DNA of 63,927 bases, the filler included, from Pseudomonadota bacterium (GTDB lineage: Bacteria; Desulfobacterota; Desulfobacteria; Desulfobacterales; JBDRRP01): NCBI GenBank assembly GCA_043825735.1. It is 7 parts of 7 records of this genome, joined end to end, with 100 filler letters (N's around TTAATTAATTAA, not from the genome) between each part and the next. Parts side by side here need not be neighbours in the genome. Positions count along the whole stretch, not along the records: positions 6,975 to 28,611 come from JBDRRP010000012.1; positions 28,712 to 36,860 come from JBDRRP010000013.1; 5 more parts are not named here. One strand, 5' to 3'. Shown in pieces: positions 21,701-29,967 of this stretch. Every line of letters begins with the position of its first letter. Positions within the stretch are counted from its first letter, which is position 1. The position numbers were made by a program, and so were the translations under genes. Under the pieces are notes generated by a model. It was not told the DNA's origin, did not search any database, and saw only the letters and a program-made list of their open reading frames with translations.

Positions 21701-24496
21701 GCCCGGGTTTTTGACCACCGGGACCGCCGGGGCGTCGTTGGCCGGATTGACAAAGAACTGGCCCGTGGCCCAGGCGCTGCCCGCGGCGCCGTCATGGGCG
21801 CGCACCCGCCAGAAATACAGCGTATTGTCAGAAAGATCCGCAGCGGTAAAAGTGGTCTGGGCAGCGGTTTCTGACACAGGATCGAAAGATTGCCGCTCCG
21901 GGCCGGCGAAGGTGGCGGTGGTATCGATTTCAAAGATGTAGACAAGGGATGCCCCTTCGGGGTCGACGCCGTTGCCGGCGACAAGCGTGACGGTGGTATC
22001 GGCCACCTCGGTGCCCGGCAAGGGGCCGGCAATCACGGGCGCGGACGGAGCGGCGTTGGTGGTGTCGACGGTGAATGCGACAAGGGCGGTCGCCGTGCGG
22101 GCGCCGGAGGGATCTTCGGCTATGGCGCGCCAGTAGTATGTGGTCTGGTCGCTGAGGGCCGTGGGCACGGTCCATCCGGTGGTGCCGCCGGCCCCGGCCG
22201 GAAGGTTCGTGGCCCAGACCACGGCGTCCGCGGCCTGATCATCGGCAAAGACCTCGAAATAATACACCAGGGCGTCGCCGTCGGCATCGCTCGCATTGCC
22301 CACTTCGAGATACGGCGTCAGGCTGTCGACGGCATCGCCGGCGGCGGGCAGACTGATCACCGGAGCGCCGGGGGCGTTGTTTCCGGTATTGACGGTAAAC
22401 TCCCCGTAGACCCAGGCGCTGTAACTGTAACCGTCACCGGCCCTGACCCGCCAATAAAAACTGTGATTGTCTTCGAGTTCTACAGGCAGCGGCCAGGCGG
22501 TGAGGCCGGCGCCTTCGGCAACATGGCCGGCAGCGGCCACCGATTGAGTGAGCCGGTGATCGGCAAAGACCTCGAAATCATAGGTGAGCGCGTCGCCGTC
22601 GGCATCGGTGCTGTTGAAGACCGTCAGTGACGGCAGGGTACCGGTCACCACGCTGCCGATGGCCGGCAGCGAGATCACCGGCACGCTCGGTGCGTGGTCG
22701 ATGGCCCCGGGGTTCGTTCCCAGGCGGAATTCCAGAAGATCGGAGATCCCGTCGCCGTCGAAATCGCCGCTGCCGTCTCGCTCCAGAGAGCCGAACCGGG
22801 CCTGCTCCCAGGCGTCGTCCATGCCGTCGCCGTCGGTGTCGTCGGCAGGGAAAATGGTGACGCTGATGCGCCGGGTGGCTTCAAGTGCGCCGTCCGTGGC
22901 CGTAAAAACGATGCTGTACCCGCCGGCCTGCCCGATAGTCGGGGTCCACGAAAAGGTGCCCGTGCCGTCGCCGTGGTCGGCGAAACCAGCGCCTGCCGGC
23001 AGCGGCGCTGCGGTAAGCGCCGGCACCGTGCCGTCGGCGTCGGTGGCCGCGACATTGATCGTAAAGGGCTGGGTCTCCACCCCGGACTGATCGGTCAGGG
23101 TGGCCAGCACCGGGGCGCTGGCCGGGGCGCTGTCGTCAAAGACCACGGTGTAGGCGCCCGTTGACGCGGCATCGAAAAGGTTGAAAAAATGCTGCCAGCT
23201 GTGGTCGGCGAGCCGGGTCTTGGAAAGCCAGGCGTTATCGGTTTTGATGATTTTTCCGTCCGAGCGCACCACGCTTTTGATGCGGCGCGCGCCGCCGCCC
23301 GGATCGGGCAGCACTGCGACCAGAAAGCCCGGGCCGGGTGCGCTCACCTGGAGGCTGTAGCGAATCTCGGTGCCGGACTGGTTTAGCAACTGGAGCGCCG
23401 CGCCGGTCGAGACGTCGGTGACCTCGGACTCGGTGCCATTTGACTCAAAAACCCGGAAGATGGGGCTGTCGGGGTTTTCCTTGGCCAGAAAATCGCGGAC
23501 CACGTCCCGGCCGGGAAGATCCACCAGCACGTCGCGGACGAGAAAATGGGTGTGCAGGTTTTCCTGCCGAATCAGCGAGGTGAGCTGCCCGCCCAGCGCA
23601 TCGGCGTGGGAAAAGCCGGCGGAAAAAGACTCGAAGGTGCCGCTCAGCGAGCAGGTCATGATCCAGCGGGCCATGCCGGCCGCGCCCGGGGCGATGTCGC
23701 CCAGCGCGACGTTGAGCCGGTTGGGGGCGATCGCGCCGTTGACCTCGGAGCCCGTAATGACAAAACCCACAAGCAGTCCCTGCTCGTTTTCCACGATGCG
23801 CGGCTGGCCCGAATCAATGGCCAGGTTCTTGGCCGCCCCAAAGCCCGTGTTCTTGACCCGCAGCCCCAGGGAAAAGGGAACCGGCGGCTCGGTGACATCG
23901 GCGGTGAAGGCGTCGTCGCCGTAGACGTCGTGGGGTAGAAAATAGTCGAGCACCAGCTCGGGCATGGGTTTGACGAAGATATAGTCCGGGGTCACCTGGG
24001 TGGTGTTTTCCTCCCCGCCGATTTCGTAAGTGAGAGTGGCCCCCACGTAGAACATCTTACCGTTGAGGATGCCGCCGGAGGCCCCCGGCACAGGGATGAT
24101 GCGCCAGTGGATGTCGGCCGAAGTGGACGGGGCGATCTGGCCACCGCCGTCGACATCTGAGATGTTTTCCATGGTGTCGATGGCGATGAAAAATTTGTGG
24201 CCGGTGGCCTCGGGATCGGCATCAGGATCGCTGGTGGCAGTGACGACGTTGCCGTCGGCATCGGAAAAATTCACCGCCACGTGGATGCGGTCCAGGGTGA
24301 TATGGGCCAGCCCGTTGTTGATGCGCATGTGGGCGTCGAAGGCCTGCCGCTCCAGGGTCAGCTCCTGGGCGATCTCGATCTTCACCTCGGCGCAGACCGA
24401 GTCGTCTGCGGCCGATGCCGGGGCGGGAAGCCACCCGGCGGTGAAGCAGATCAGTGCAGCGGCCAAACACTTTACGATTCCGGAAATCTTGCCCAT
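18731..24496 (-). CDS. 1921-aa secreted multidomain protein: uncharacterised N-domain, Ig domain, Ca-binding DxDGDG repeats, four Fn3-like domains, eleven carboxypeptidase-regulatory/CnaB-like repeats
   Basis: Signal peptide ending ASA; DTDGDGMDDAWE; 4x AP..PV...P..G; 11x VY.FT.AGAY..G.V.F.L...YK.RADY.G.QFW. Confidence 0.88.
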   Translation of the reverse strand: MGKISGIVKCLAAALICFTAGWLPAPASAADDSVCAEVKIEIAQELTLERQAFDAHMRINNGLAHITLDRIHVAVNFSDADGNVVTATSDPDADPEATGHKFFIAIDTMENISDVDGGGQIAPSTSADIHWRIIPVPGASGGILNGKMFYVGATLTYEIGGEENTTQVTPDYIFVKPMPELVLDYFLPHDVYGDDAFTADVTEPPVPFSLGLRVKNTGFGAAKNLAIDSGQPRIVENEQGLLVGFVITGSEVNGAIAPNRLNVALGDIAPGAAGMARWIMTCSLSGTFESFSAGFSHADALGGQLTSLIRQENLHTHFLVRDVLVDLPGRDVVRDFLAKENPDSPIFRVFESNGTESEVTDVSTGAALQLLNQSGTEIRYSLQVSAPGPGFLVAVLPDPGGGARRIKSVVRSDGKIIKTDNAWLSKTRLADHSWQHFFNLFDAASTGAYTVVFDDSAPASAPVLATLTDQSGVETQPFTINVAATDADGTVPALTAAPLPAGAGFADHGDGTGTFSWTPTIGQAGGYSIVFTATDGALEATRRISVTIFPADDTDGDGMDDAWEQARFGSLERDGSGDFDGDGISDLLEFRLGTNPGAIDHAPSVPVISLPAIGSVVTGTLPSLTVFNSTDADGDALTYDFEVFADHRLTQSVAAAGHVAEGAGLTAWPLPVELEDNHSFYWRVRAGDGYSYSAWVYGEFTVNTGNNAPGAPVISLPAAGDAVDSLTPYLEVGNASDADGDALVYYFEVFADDQAADAVVWATNLPAGAGGTTGWTVPTALSDQTTYYWRAIAEDPSGARTATALVAFTVDTTNAAPSAPVIAGPLPGTEVADTTVTLVAGNGVDPEGASLVYIFEIDTTATFAGPERQSFDPVSETAAQTTFTAADLSDNTLYFWRVRAHDGAAGSAWATGQFFVNPANDAPAVPVVKNPGNGAWASASAPLLEAAPALDPEGDGVTYAFEVFADADLLLPVASGAAATPAWQADPALENNTLYYWRVRAEDSLGAAGDWSAAAALFIRDLSTLEPAQIAVNVTTDKGRALSGVRIYAFTEAGAYTGKNAVTDETGAAVFLVEDFAEGRYRFRADYLGGQFWSADTLLPVATVSLVIAEETVTVDVSGAGDGAGVRIYLFSEAGAYLGINVLTDANGQVTFDLPTDRTFKFRADVMGHQYWGQIAVSAAGANLAEVASGGGTFTVTVQEAPGLPMEGTRVYLFTAAGAYLNQNLVTDANGRVAFLTPEGNYKVRADYLGYQFWSADALVATDTTVDLSIPHQDVTVEVSGVMAQATPVAGVKAYLFTETGAYMNQHLTTDAAGQVVFHLPERAYKVRADYLAGQFWSPVFTAQNADVDIPMADAVITVGWSTITLPAVPVYAFTEAGAYLNLTAASDGDGHVTFRLPADTGYKFRADYQASQYWSDPATLAAGVANPVAITAGGGTFALTVKKDADTPLVGVNAYVFSDTGAYFGMFGPTSSEGVVTFDLASGVYDIRVDYLGYQFWTNDHAVPAALAAEFTIAHQMATATVSGLYDGVRTPLAGVNLYLFTAAGAYQNRVVPTDSLGTAAFYLPEQAYKVRADFMGQQFWSQEVTGEDFVVDVPMADATITVTGGGAPLAGVPVYVFTGAGAYLNLNAPTAANGKVVFRLPAGDYNFRADYQNSQFWSSPQSLAADMDNPVEVNTGGGTFALTVLRGENTPLTGARCYVFTAGGAYLGKNEVTSSEGQVSFPLADGSYKIRVDHLGYQYWTSVFDVPVTLSNVFTIAHQDVSVSIEKYHLAAEPLAGVRVYLFTAGGAYQNQNLITSAEGTVVFSLPGNLYKARADYMGQQFWSASFNQQNVAVSIPHGEADVIVLQGEVGVENARVYVFTGAGSYLNQNALTGAAGHVAFVLPAGAYKFRADFGGQQFWSPAVTVTGGASLPVDIPTE

Positions 24497-24634
24497 CGGA
24501 TGCCTCCGGGGAAACGGTATTGGAATTATGTGACTGCTTATAAACGGCGCTGGGTGCCGGTTTTAATTCTTCTGGTTACTGGCGTTCCGCCGGTATGACG
24601 ACCGTAAAACGCCGTGAAACCAAAACCCTTTTCA

Positions 24635-25525
24635 TTACAGCGCCGCCATGCGGGCGATGACGCCTTCGGGTCCCTCGATGTGAAAGCGCTCAAAGGGGGC
24701 CGGCTCGGGACCGAAAAGGCGCATGGCGATGTAATTGGACTGATCGGCAGTAAATACGCGGTTGAACGGATCGGCGATCTGCCAGAGCGTTCCGTCAAAA
24801 AACAGCGCCCAGTTGTGATAGCGCTCCGGGCCGATCACCGCATCCCGGTCACTCACGTATCCGGCAACCCCGCGGGCCGGAATGCCCGCCCCGCGGCACA
24901 GCGCCGTAAACAGGTACATGTATTCGGTGCAATCGCCGGTCCCGGCTTTCAGCGCAAAAATGGCGCCGCGGGCGTTTTTCGTATAGCCGGCTGGCTTGAG
25001 ATTCCCGGAGACCCAGTCACTCGCCTTGCGGGCCGTTGCCGAGATGCTGCCGGCGACCAGCTTTCTGGAAATGGCTGTCAGTTCAGTGTTGTCGGATTCG
25101 ATAAAAGGCGCCGGCTGCCTCGTGTCCGGCCCCGGCGACACCCCGATCGCTCCGGGCTGCGCAGCCATCATGAGACGGGCGCTGACGGTGACCAACCGGG
25201 TGGCATAGGGGGGAAGCCGATCGATGGTGAACACGAGCACTTGGTTGCCCAGATCGTCCACCGTCCGCTCAAAGGGAAGATTGGCATCCAGCGCATCGCA
25301 GCGTTGCGTGGCGGTCTGCTTCACCGGCGCCCTGAGCGACAGGCGCACGTTTTGCGCCAGCCGGTTGGTGGTGTTTTCCACCGCGCAGCCGTATCGAATC
25401 AGGCGGGAAATAGTGTATTCGGCAGCGGGAACTGATTGATTCAGCGTTTTGAAATAGAGAAAACCGCCCCCCGCGAGCGCAATGAGAAGCGCGATAGCAC
25501 CGATACCCCATCGTTTCTTGTTCAT
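24635..25525 (-). CDS. Membrane-anchored/exported transglutaminase-like protein
   Basis: N-terminal hydrophobic helix; triad GDCTE (Cys), YHNWA (His), IADP (Asp); LCRGAGIPAR. Confidence 0.88.
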   Translation of the reverse strand: MNKKRWGIGAIALLIALAGGGFLYFKTLNQSVPAAEYTISRLIRYGCAVENTTNRLAQNVRLSLRAPVKQTATQRCDALDANLPFERTVDDLGNQVLVFTIDRLPPYATRLVTVSARLMMAAQPGAIGVSPGPDTRQPAPFIESDNTELTAISRKLVAGSISATARKASDWVSGNLKPAGYTKNARGAIFALKAGTGDCTEYMYLFTALCRGAGIPARGVAGYVSDRDAVIGPERYHNWALFFDGTLWQIADPFNRVFTADQSNYIAMRLFGPEPAPFERFHIEGPEGVIARMAAL

Positions 25526-25559
25526 TCTTCGGTCGTTTCCGTAAAACATCGAAAAGTCC

Positions 25560-25672
25560 GTCATCCCGGCGAAGGCCGGGCTCCAGGGAAGTGCGAAAAG
25601 CTTTCTGGATACCGGATCGCGTCCGGTATGACGGCCCAAAAGCTTTCTGGATCCCGGCCTTCGTCGATATGA
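25560..25672. repeat. Cluster of REP-like palindromes (CTGGAT.CCGG..CCGG.ATGAC family)
   Basis: Three copies here; related copies near 16870, 16957, 17000, 17944, 18267, 18312, 24573, 26329, 26415, 28577 and 32889. Confidence 0.8.
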
Positions 25673-26020
25673 CAGAAAAAAGCGGCATCCGAATTTACTG
25701 AAAAAGCCATCAACCAAAGCATGCAGGTCTGCCGTGAGGGAGTCTCTCGATCGACACGCGCACCTCTCCTGCATGGGTGCACCACTGCTGCGGCCCACGC
25801 CGCCGCCGGCATCGCCCGTTTGCCCGATGCGTCTATCGTTCGCCCGAATGATTTACGACTTGCGCAATTTCGGCGGATGGAACCGGATACTTCGCCCCTT
25901 CATGGTTCCAGCGCACCGATCCGTGGAGAAAAAAGCTTAAGCAACTGACCAAACCCGGGTGTTCAAGTCAAGCACTATTTTTTGACTCCTGGCGCGGGCA
26001 CGGTCACTGTTTTGTACAAG

Positions 26021-26037
26021 TACAATTACCGTGCCAA
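26021..26037 (-). promoter_or_regulatory. Putative sigma54 (-24/-12) promoter
   Basis: Minus strand TTGGCAC-GGTAA-TTGTA versus consensus TGGCAC-N5-TTGC. Confidence 0.6.
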
Positions 26038-26084
26038 ATTTTGCCTCATGTATTTTCAGTGGGTTACATGAAAGCGCCGCTAAA

Positions 26085-26125
26085 ACGTGCACAGAAAACT
26101 GTGCACGTGCACTGATTTCAGTGCA
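26085..26125. promoter_or_regulatory. Two tandem palindromes TGCAC-N8-GTGCA, candidate activator sites
   Basis: ACGTGCACAG-AAAA-CTGTGCACGT and TGCACTGA-TT-TCAGTGCA, about 50-90 bp upstream of the -24 box. Confidence 0.6.
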
Positions 26126-26446
26126 TAAAGGAATGCAAGAAAAAAATGGACCCCTCTCCCCAAAAATGGCGTGATTGGGTAGGGGGATCGCATTCGAGGG
26201 GCCACGGGGGGGCGCTTGGTACGCAACAACGAAACCGGGATCATCTCCCAAAGCGTTGGTCGATGAATAGGGGCCGGTTTGAACGGATCAAAAAACTGTG
26301 AAGTTTCGCAAGACTGTTCGACACCCCATCTGGATCCCGGATCTCGTTTCACTCGTCCGGGATGACGGAAAAAAAAAGAACCGCCTTTTCGCGAATGCAT
26401 CAACCTAAAATCTTCTGGATACCTGCCTTCGCCGGTATGACAACCC

Positions 26447-28102
26447 TTACCAATCGGCCCGGCGCCATGCGCCATTGTTATCTGCTGCACCGGTTGCACC
26501 GGGCGGCGTCGAGGCTTCCGGCGTCAGCAGCCCTCCCCAGTCCGTGCGCTTACCCATGCGCTCTCGGGTGTCGGCATCGACAAACGCGTGGCCGACCCTG
26601 ATCTGCCAACCACCGCCGATCGCCTTGTAAAGCGCCACCAGATTGGTGCTGACCCGTCCCCTGATTTCAGACAACTGGTCGGCCTGGCTGCTCAGAAAAC
26701 GCTGGGTATCGAGCACGCGCTGAAAATCGACATTGCCTTCCTGGTATTGCAGCAAAGAAAGATCGACCGACTCCCGGGCGCTGTCGACCCCGACCTGCAG
26801 AAACTGCGCTTCCTCTTTGGCGCGGACAAATGCCACCGCCGCATCTTCTACCTCCCGATGTGCATTCAAAACCGTGTCACGGTATTGCACGATCGTCTGC
26901 TGGAGCGCGGCATCTTCCGAGCGCACCCGGTTTTTGATCCGCCCGTAGTTCAGAAAGTCCCAGGTAATACCGGGGCCGGCCTTCCAGAAAAGACTCTTGG
27001 AAGAAAAGGTATCGCTGATCGAGCTCTCGCCGAGAGGATAATCCGCGTTGGTTGACTGCCAGCCGATGGTGCCGAAGAGCGTGAAATGGGGATAGAGATC
27101 CGCCTTCGCGGCGCCGATCTGCGGGCTCTGGGCGGCCACCCGCAGTTCAGCCAGCCGGATATCCGGTCGACGGCGCAGCAATTCGGCCGGCAGTTCGACG
27201 ACGAGCGCCCCGGACGCCGCCGGGATCCGGCCCGGGCTTTGGAGCATCGATTCCAAGTCACCGGGAAGCATGCCCAATAAAATGGCCAGAGCGTTTTTTA
27301 TCTGGTGAAGACTTGATGCCAGCCTGGGAATCGATGCCTGCGTGTTGCTGAGCAGGGAGCGCGCCTGGGTGACATCCAGTTTGGACACCTCCCCGCCCTC
27401 GAATTGCGCCTCGGCGATTTCAAGAGACTTCTTCTGTATCGTGACATTCTCTCCGGCGATTTTTATCCGTTCCTCGAGCGTCCGGATCTGAATATAGGCT
27501 CGGGCAGCTTCGGCGGTGACGGTGACCAGGATATCGTCGTATCCGGCGATCGAAGCGTCCAGCACGGCCATCCCGGACTCGACCGATCGCCGGTATTTAC
27601 CCCAGATATCCAGTTCCCAGCTTGCATCGAAACCGGCGTCCAAAGATTCGTAGTTCCGGTCAGGCACGGGAAGGCCGGTGTTGTCGCTGAGCTGGTTGGC
27701 AGCGGCCTCGCCGAAGGCGCGCTGCTGCTGGGGATAGAGGCTCCCGGTGGCGATACCCAACTGGGCCCTGGCCTGCAGGATGCGCAGACCTGCGACCTGC
27801 AGCGTCAGGTTATGAGCATAGGTCTGCGCGATAATCCGGTCCAATACGGGATCGTTGAAGGCCTTCCACCACGAACTGTAATCGGCGTCGCCCCCCGACA
27901 GCCAGGGGTTGTCGGCCATCAACCAGGCATCGGCCACCGGCGCATCCGGCGTGACGAAATCCGGACCGACCATGGCGCAGCCGCCCAACAGAAAAAACAA
28001 TACGAGCGATGCGGCCAGCATTGTCAGGTGGCTGCGACGAAGTACCCGGCACCGCCCGCCCGATAGAATAAATCTGCAGATCCCCCTGTTATGGTATCTC
28101 AT
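26447..28102 (-). CDS. Outer-membrane efflux lipoprotein (NodT/OprM family)
   Basis: Lipobox LGGC-AMVGPDF; WW..FNDP.L; ASWELDIWG; LLRRRPDIR.AE; LYKAIGGGW. Start uncertain. Confidence 0.9.
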   Translation of the reverse strand: MRYHNRGICRFILSGGRCRVLRRSHLTMLAASLVLFFLLGGCAMVGPDFVTPDAPVADAWLMADNPWLSGGDADYSSWWKAFNDPVLDRIIAQTYAHNLTLQVAGLRILQARAQLGIATGSLYPQQQRAFGEAAANQLSDNTGLPVPDRNYESLDAGFDASWELDIWGKYRRSVESGMAVLDASIAGYDDILVTVTAEAARAYIQIRTLEERIKIAGENVTIQKKSLEIAEAQFEGGEVSKLDVTQARSLLSNTQASIPRLASSLHQIKNALAILLGMLPGDLESMLQSPGRIPAASGALVVELPAELLRRRPDIRLAELRVAAQSPQIGAAKADLYPHFTLFGTIGWQSTNADYPLGESSISDTFSSKSLFWKAGPGITWDFLNYGRIKNRVRSEDAALQQTIVQYRDTVLNAHREVEDAAVAFVRAKEEAQFLQVGVDSARESVDLSLLQYQEGNVDFQRVLDTQRFLSSQADQLSEIRGRVSTNLVALYKAIGGGWQIRVGHAFVDADTRERMGKRTDWGGLLTPEASTPPGATGAADNNGAWRRADW

Positions 28103-28711
28103 AATAATCTTCCCCGGCCTTTCGCTCATCGTTTTGATAAACCCGCAAAAAAGCAATCTTCCTGGTGATGGCAGCCGATTACGACACCGCGCACGAGCAA
28201 GAGCACGAACACGGACACCTTCAAGCAAACCAAATCGACGGTAACTGGAGCTTCATAGAGAAGCGAATTTCCTTTTACGCTTATGCAGAATGCTCCAGCG
28301 GGTCTCTGCCCACAGTGATGTTGAACCAAGGCGTCATAAAGGGCACGGAGATTTAATAATTCACATCTCCCGCAGAGGCGCAGGGGCGCAGGGAAAAGCA
28401 CTCGCGCAATTTTATGTTACGCAGTCCTCAGCGTCTCCGCGCCTCTGCGCGCGCACATCTTTTTGGGCTCAAAAACATCCGTGTGCTCCGTGAACGCCGC
28501 AGAGATGTGATTTTTCCCGATTCCAATGGCTCCCGGCTGTAGCTTGAGCTTCCTGGATAAGTGGTTTTCCTTTTTTCGTCATCCCGGACGAGTGAAACGA
28601 GATCCGGGATCNNNNNNNNNNNNNNNNNNNNNNNNNNNNNNNNNNNNNNNNNNNNTTAATTAATTAANNNNNNNNNNNNNNNNNNNNNNNNNNNNNNNNN
28701 NNNNNNNNNNN

Positions 28712-28766
28712 CGATATCTTGGGCTGCTTCAACCATCTCGTCGCTTATTGTAGCGGGTCTGGCCAT
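28712..28766 (-). CDS. N-terminal fragment of a gene at a contig edge, possibly an IS transposase
   Basis: AGGAGG RBS then MARPATISDEMVEAAQDI running into the gap; too short to identify. Confidence 0.3.
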
Positions 28767-28978
28767 ATGCATGCACCTCCTTTGGCAGGGTAAGGAATAG
28801 GGTACATGCAGAGTATACATTTAAATCATCTTGAATGCAAATTGGAATTAGAAACCCAGCACTGCGCGCAGGGTTCCAGGCGAAAAGCGTAGTTCTGGGC
28901 TACGCCCGAGCAAGTTCTCAGCCGGAGGAATAGCCTTCTATTGGTCTTTGAAGCGCCCTAAAAATTAAAAAAACAGAA

Positions 28979-29071
28979 GGGTCACCTAAACATTGACAAA
29001 ATTAGCATGATAGAGAATTTGGGCATATCGATTTGGAAAACGAAAAGATTGTCAATGTGTAGGTCTGACCC
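28979..29071. repeat. Inverted repeat pair (REPIN/MITE-like)
   Basis: GGGTCACCTAAACATTGACAA .. TTGTCAATGTGTAGGTCTGACCC. Confidence 0.7.
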
Positions 29072-29283
29072 TCTGTCCCTTGGCGTGCTTGGCGTCTTTG
29101 CGAGAAAAATGCTTTTTTACGGATTCATCAAGTTTGTGAAGGTACTATCGCACGTTGGAGCCTGGCAGTTGTCAATCTCCGGCCCTAATCCGGTAGCCCA
29201 AATGGGCGACCGCGTTCGACTTTACAAAATGGTATCGGTGATGATATTTGTAATACCAATATCTGATCGATAGGAGCGTCACC

Positions 29284-29490
29284 ATGCAAACGGTAACCGT
29301 TTCCCCCAAATTTCAGGTCGTCATTCCAAAATCTATCCGTGAGTCGCTCCGACTCAAGGTGGGGCAGAAAATGACTATGATTGAATACGATGGCCGTATC
29401 GAGATGATCCCGGACCGCGGTATTACTGAGCTCAGGGGCTTCATAAAAGGGATCAATACGCATTTCGAGCGGGAAAAGGACCGGTTATGA
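29284..29490 (+). CDS. vapB: AbrB/MazE/SpoVT-family antitoxin
   Basis: VTVSPKFQVVIPKSIRESL motif; overlaps the toxin at ATGA. Confidence 0.88.
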   Translation: MQTVTVSPKFQVVIPKSIRESLRLKVGQKMTMIEYDGRIEMIPDRGITELRGFIKGINTHFEREKDRL

Positions 29491-29858
29491 ACATTGTCGA
29501 TTCTTCCGGCTGGCTCGAATATTTCTCAGATGGGCCTAATGCCGAACACTTTGCCGCCCCCCTGGAAGAACCCGCCGCGCTTATCGTACCCGTCATCACC
29601 ATCTATGAAGTGTTTAAAGTCGTGCTGCGCGAATCCGGTGAAAACGCTGCGCTTCAGGCCGCTTCGGTCATGCAAAAGGGTCATGTCGTCGACCTGACGC
29701 CTTCCATCGCCGTTTCAGCCGCCAAGGTCAGCCTCAAACACCAACTGCCCATGGCAGACAGCATCATCCTGTCAACAGCCGAGGCCTTAGATTGTATCCT
29801 GTGGACTCAGGATTCAGATTTTGAGGGGATGCCCGGTGTAAAATTTTTCCCCAAATGA
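29487..29858 (+). CDS. vapC: PIN-domain toxin VapC
   Basis: IVDSSGWLEY, E, ADS and TQDSDF acidic residues of the PIN fold. Confidence 0.9.
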   Translation: MNIVDSSGWLEYFSDGPNAEHFAAPLEEPAALIVPVITIYEVFKVVLRESGENAALQAASVMQKGHVVDLTPSIAVSAAKVSLKHQLPMADSIILSTAEALDCILWTQDSDFEGMPGVKFFPK

Positions 29859-29967
29859 CCGCCCAGCCTACGCGAACCCGCCCAAGGCCGGTTTGTGTAA
29901 CAATTTTTCAACGAATGGGTATCTTTACTGCGGCGACGGCGGCCGGGGCGATAGGAATTCAGGCTTC

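Noticed and set aside
18617..21874. 1085-aa plus-strand ORF and other long antisense ORFs (e.g. 32761-34296, 49333-50466, 42114-43256)
   Set aside because: Shadows or alternate frames of GC-rich real genes, with no recognisable motifs.
25690..26010. c-di-GMP riboswitch in the cluster leader
   Set aside because: A GGGCAAAC is present, but the GAAA tetraloop stem and GCAAAG/P2 elements are not evident. An Rfam scan would settle it.
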